Positions 51,402 to 52,913 of a stretch of DNA of 52,913 bases are shown piece after piece. This DNA is from a virus (lineage: Duplodnaviria > Caudoviricetes). The notes under the pieces are model-generated. The model was not told where the DNA came from and searched no databases. It saw only the letters and a list, made by a program, of their open reading frames with translations. The position numbers and the translations under genes are program-made. The stretch spans positions 1 through 52,913 of the IMG/VR virus record IMGVR_UViG_3300044729_002905; one strand, written 5' to 3'. Within the stretch, counting starts at the first letter, position 1; each line of letters opens with the position of its first letter.

Positions 51402-52913
51402 AAACTGGTATGTGTTCGATCTAGAAACTGATAATTTTTATGACAAGGTCACTAAGATTCATTGCTTGGTACTGTATGATGTCCAGCGAAAACAAACTTT
51501 TACTTATGGGCCTGATGATATTGCTAGTGGTATCGAGCATTTGGCTCGGGCTCATGTGCTCATTGGCCATAACATCTTGTTCTTTGATATCCCTGTAATT
51601 CGTAAGCTCTATCCGTTTTATACGTTTAAAGCTGCACGAGTTATTGACACACTCATTTGTACTCGACTCATCTGGCCCAAAGAAAAACTTTATGAACTTG
51701 ACGAAGAACAATATACGGAGGTTCCAAAGGGCCTCCGTGGTTCAGCCTCACTTAAAGCGTGGGGTTATCGGTTGGCTGATTACAAGATTGACTTCAAAGA
51801 CTTTTCAGAATACTCGGAAGCAATGGCCGAGTATTGCAAGCAAGACGTTGCAGTTACCACAAAACTATTTGAAAAAGTCCAAGATCAAAACTATTCAGAG
51901 CCAGCACTTAAGCTTGAGCATGACTTTGCTGGATGTATTGAAGCACAAGTGCGAACAGGTTTTCCTTTTGATGTGGATGCAGCTCTTGATTTGGTGGATA
52001 ATCTCAGAACAAAAGAAACAGAACTACAAACACACTTAAAAAAAATCTTTCCACCCATTGAACACAAAGAAGTATTTGTACCAAAAGTTAATAACAAAAC
52101 ACGTGGTTATGTAAAAGGAGTTCCATTTGAAAAAGTTCGACTGGAAGAATTTAATCCTGGATCCAGACAACAAATTGTCAGTCGGCTCCAGCAAAAGTAT
52201 GGATGGCAACCAAGTAAGTCAACTGAAAAAGGAAACCCTGTCCTTGATGATGACGTACTTGAACAATTACCTTACCCAGAAGCCAAACCGTTAGCTGAAT
52301 ACATGTTGATTGAGAAACGTCTTGGTCAAATTGCTGATGGTAAAAATGCTTGGCTTAAGTTAGTTAATAATGATACTGGTTGTGTTCATGGAGATGTTGT
52401 AACAAACGGATGTATTACTGGACGTTGCAGTCATCGCAACCCCAACATGGCTCAAGTACCAGCAGCATACTCACCTTATGGTAAAGAATGTAGATCTTTG
52501 TTTCATGCACCAGATGGTTGGGAGTTGATTGGTGTAGATGCCAAAGCTCTTGAACTTAGATGCCTTGCTGGTTATCTTGCATACTGGGATGATGGTGAGT
52601 ATGCACGTGTTGTAACAGATGAATCAATTGATATTCACGTCTACAATCAAGAGCGTTTTGGTGTAGTTACCAGGGATATAAGCAAACGGCTTCTTTACGC
52701 TGTAGCTTATGGAGCTGGTGCACTAAAAGCTGGAACTGTTATTGATCCGAATGAAAAGAATGAAATAGTTCTGCGCAAACTAGGTAGTACTGCAATTAAT
52801 TCATTCATGGATGGTGTGCCAGCATTACGTAAACTTAAAGAACATCTTGCAAAAACACTACAAGAAAACAATTGGTTGCGTGGTTTAGATAAACGTATTC
52901 TTTATTGCAGATC
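51340..52913 (+). CDS. polA: T7-like family A DNA polymerase (runs off the right edge)
   Basis: Not in the ORF track because it is incomplete. ExoI 'VFDLETD', ExoII 'GHNILFFD', 'SLKAWGYRL', 'YCKQDV', 'TGRCSHRNPNMAQVP', motif A 'GVDAKALELRCLA', motif B 'RDISKRLLYAVAYGAG'. Confidence 0.95.
   Translation, partial: MTQISPVKTLKFPLKASSETENWYVFDLETDNFYDKVTKIHCLVLYDVQRKQTFTYGPDDIASGIEHLARAHVLIGHNILFFDIPVIRKLYPFYTFKAARVIDTLICTRLIWPKEKLYELDEEQYTEVPKGLRGSASLKAWGYRLADYKIDFKDFSEYSEAMAEYCKQDVAVTTKLFEKVQDQNYSEPALKLEHDFAGCIEAQVRTGFPFDVDAALDLVDNLRTKETELQTHLKKIFPPIEHKEVFVPKVNNKTRGYVKGVPFEKVRLEEFNPGSRQQIVSRLQQKYGWQPSKSTEKGNPVLDDDVLEQLPYPEAKPLAEYMLIEKRLGQIADGKNAWLKLVNNDTGCVHGDVVTNGCITGRCSHRNPNMAQVPAAYSPYGKECRSLFHAPDGWELIGVDAKALELRCLAGYLAYWDDGEYARVVTDESIDIHVYNQERFGVVTRDISKRLLYAVAYGAGALKAGTVIDPNEKNEIVLRKLGSTAINSFMDGVPALRKLKEHLAKTLQENNWLRGLDKRILYCR

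Noticed and set aside
51644-52039. 131-aa ORF and nearby minus-strand ORFs
   Set aside because: Alternative frames within the DNA polymerase gene.
1-52913. Stop-codon reassignment or a diversity-generating retroelement
   Set aside because: Genes translate fully in the standard code, and no reverse transcriptase or TR/VR pair is seen.

Overview
About 53 kb of a tailed dsDNA phage genome, most likely a picocyanobacterial (Synechococcus/Cyanobium-type) cyanophage. The host inference rests on an NblA-like gene, a cyanobacterial LexA box, DnaA-box-like 9-mers and an integrase-like relic. Bases 1-36.5 kb are mostly minus-strand late genes: tail fibres, lysozymes, head-tail adaptor, major capsid, scaffold, portal, terminase and many Gly/Ala/Gln-rich putative internal virion proteins. 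A small plus-strand block (HTH protein, methyltransferase-like protein, dcd, DUF3310, HNH) sits at 3.5-7.7 kb. From about 37.3 kb the plus strand carries many short early genes, a PcfJ-like protein, tRNA-Leu(UAA), a GP88-like protein and a T7-like family A DNA polymerase that runs off the window. Two things stand out. First, the major capsid gene is split after only 4 codons by an 823-nt group I intron whose P1 loop carries an HNH homing endonuclease in the antisense orientation. Second, the early genes are punctuated by about 15 copies of four families of small structured elements with compensatory base changes: a tRNA-like three-way junction, a bistable hairpin, an H-type pseudoknot and an internal-T-loop stem. 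These may form an RNA processing or regulatory system. All calls were made by eye, with no database search or folding software.
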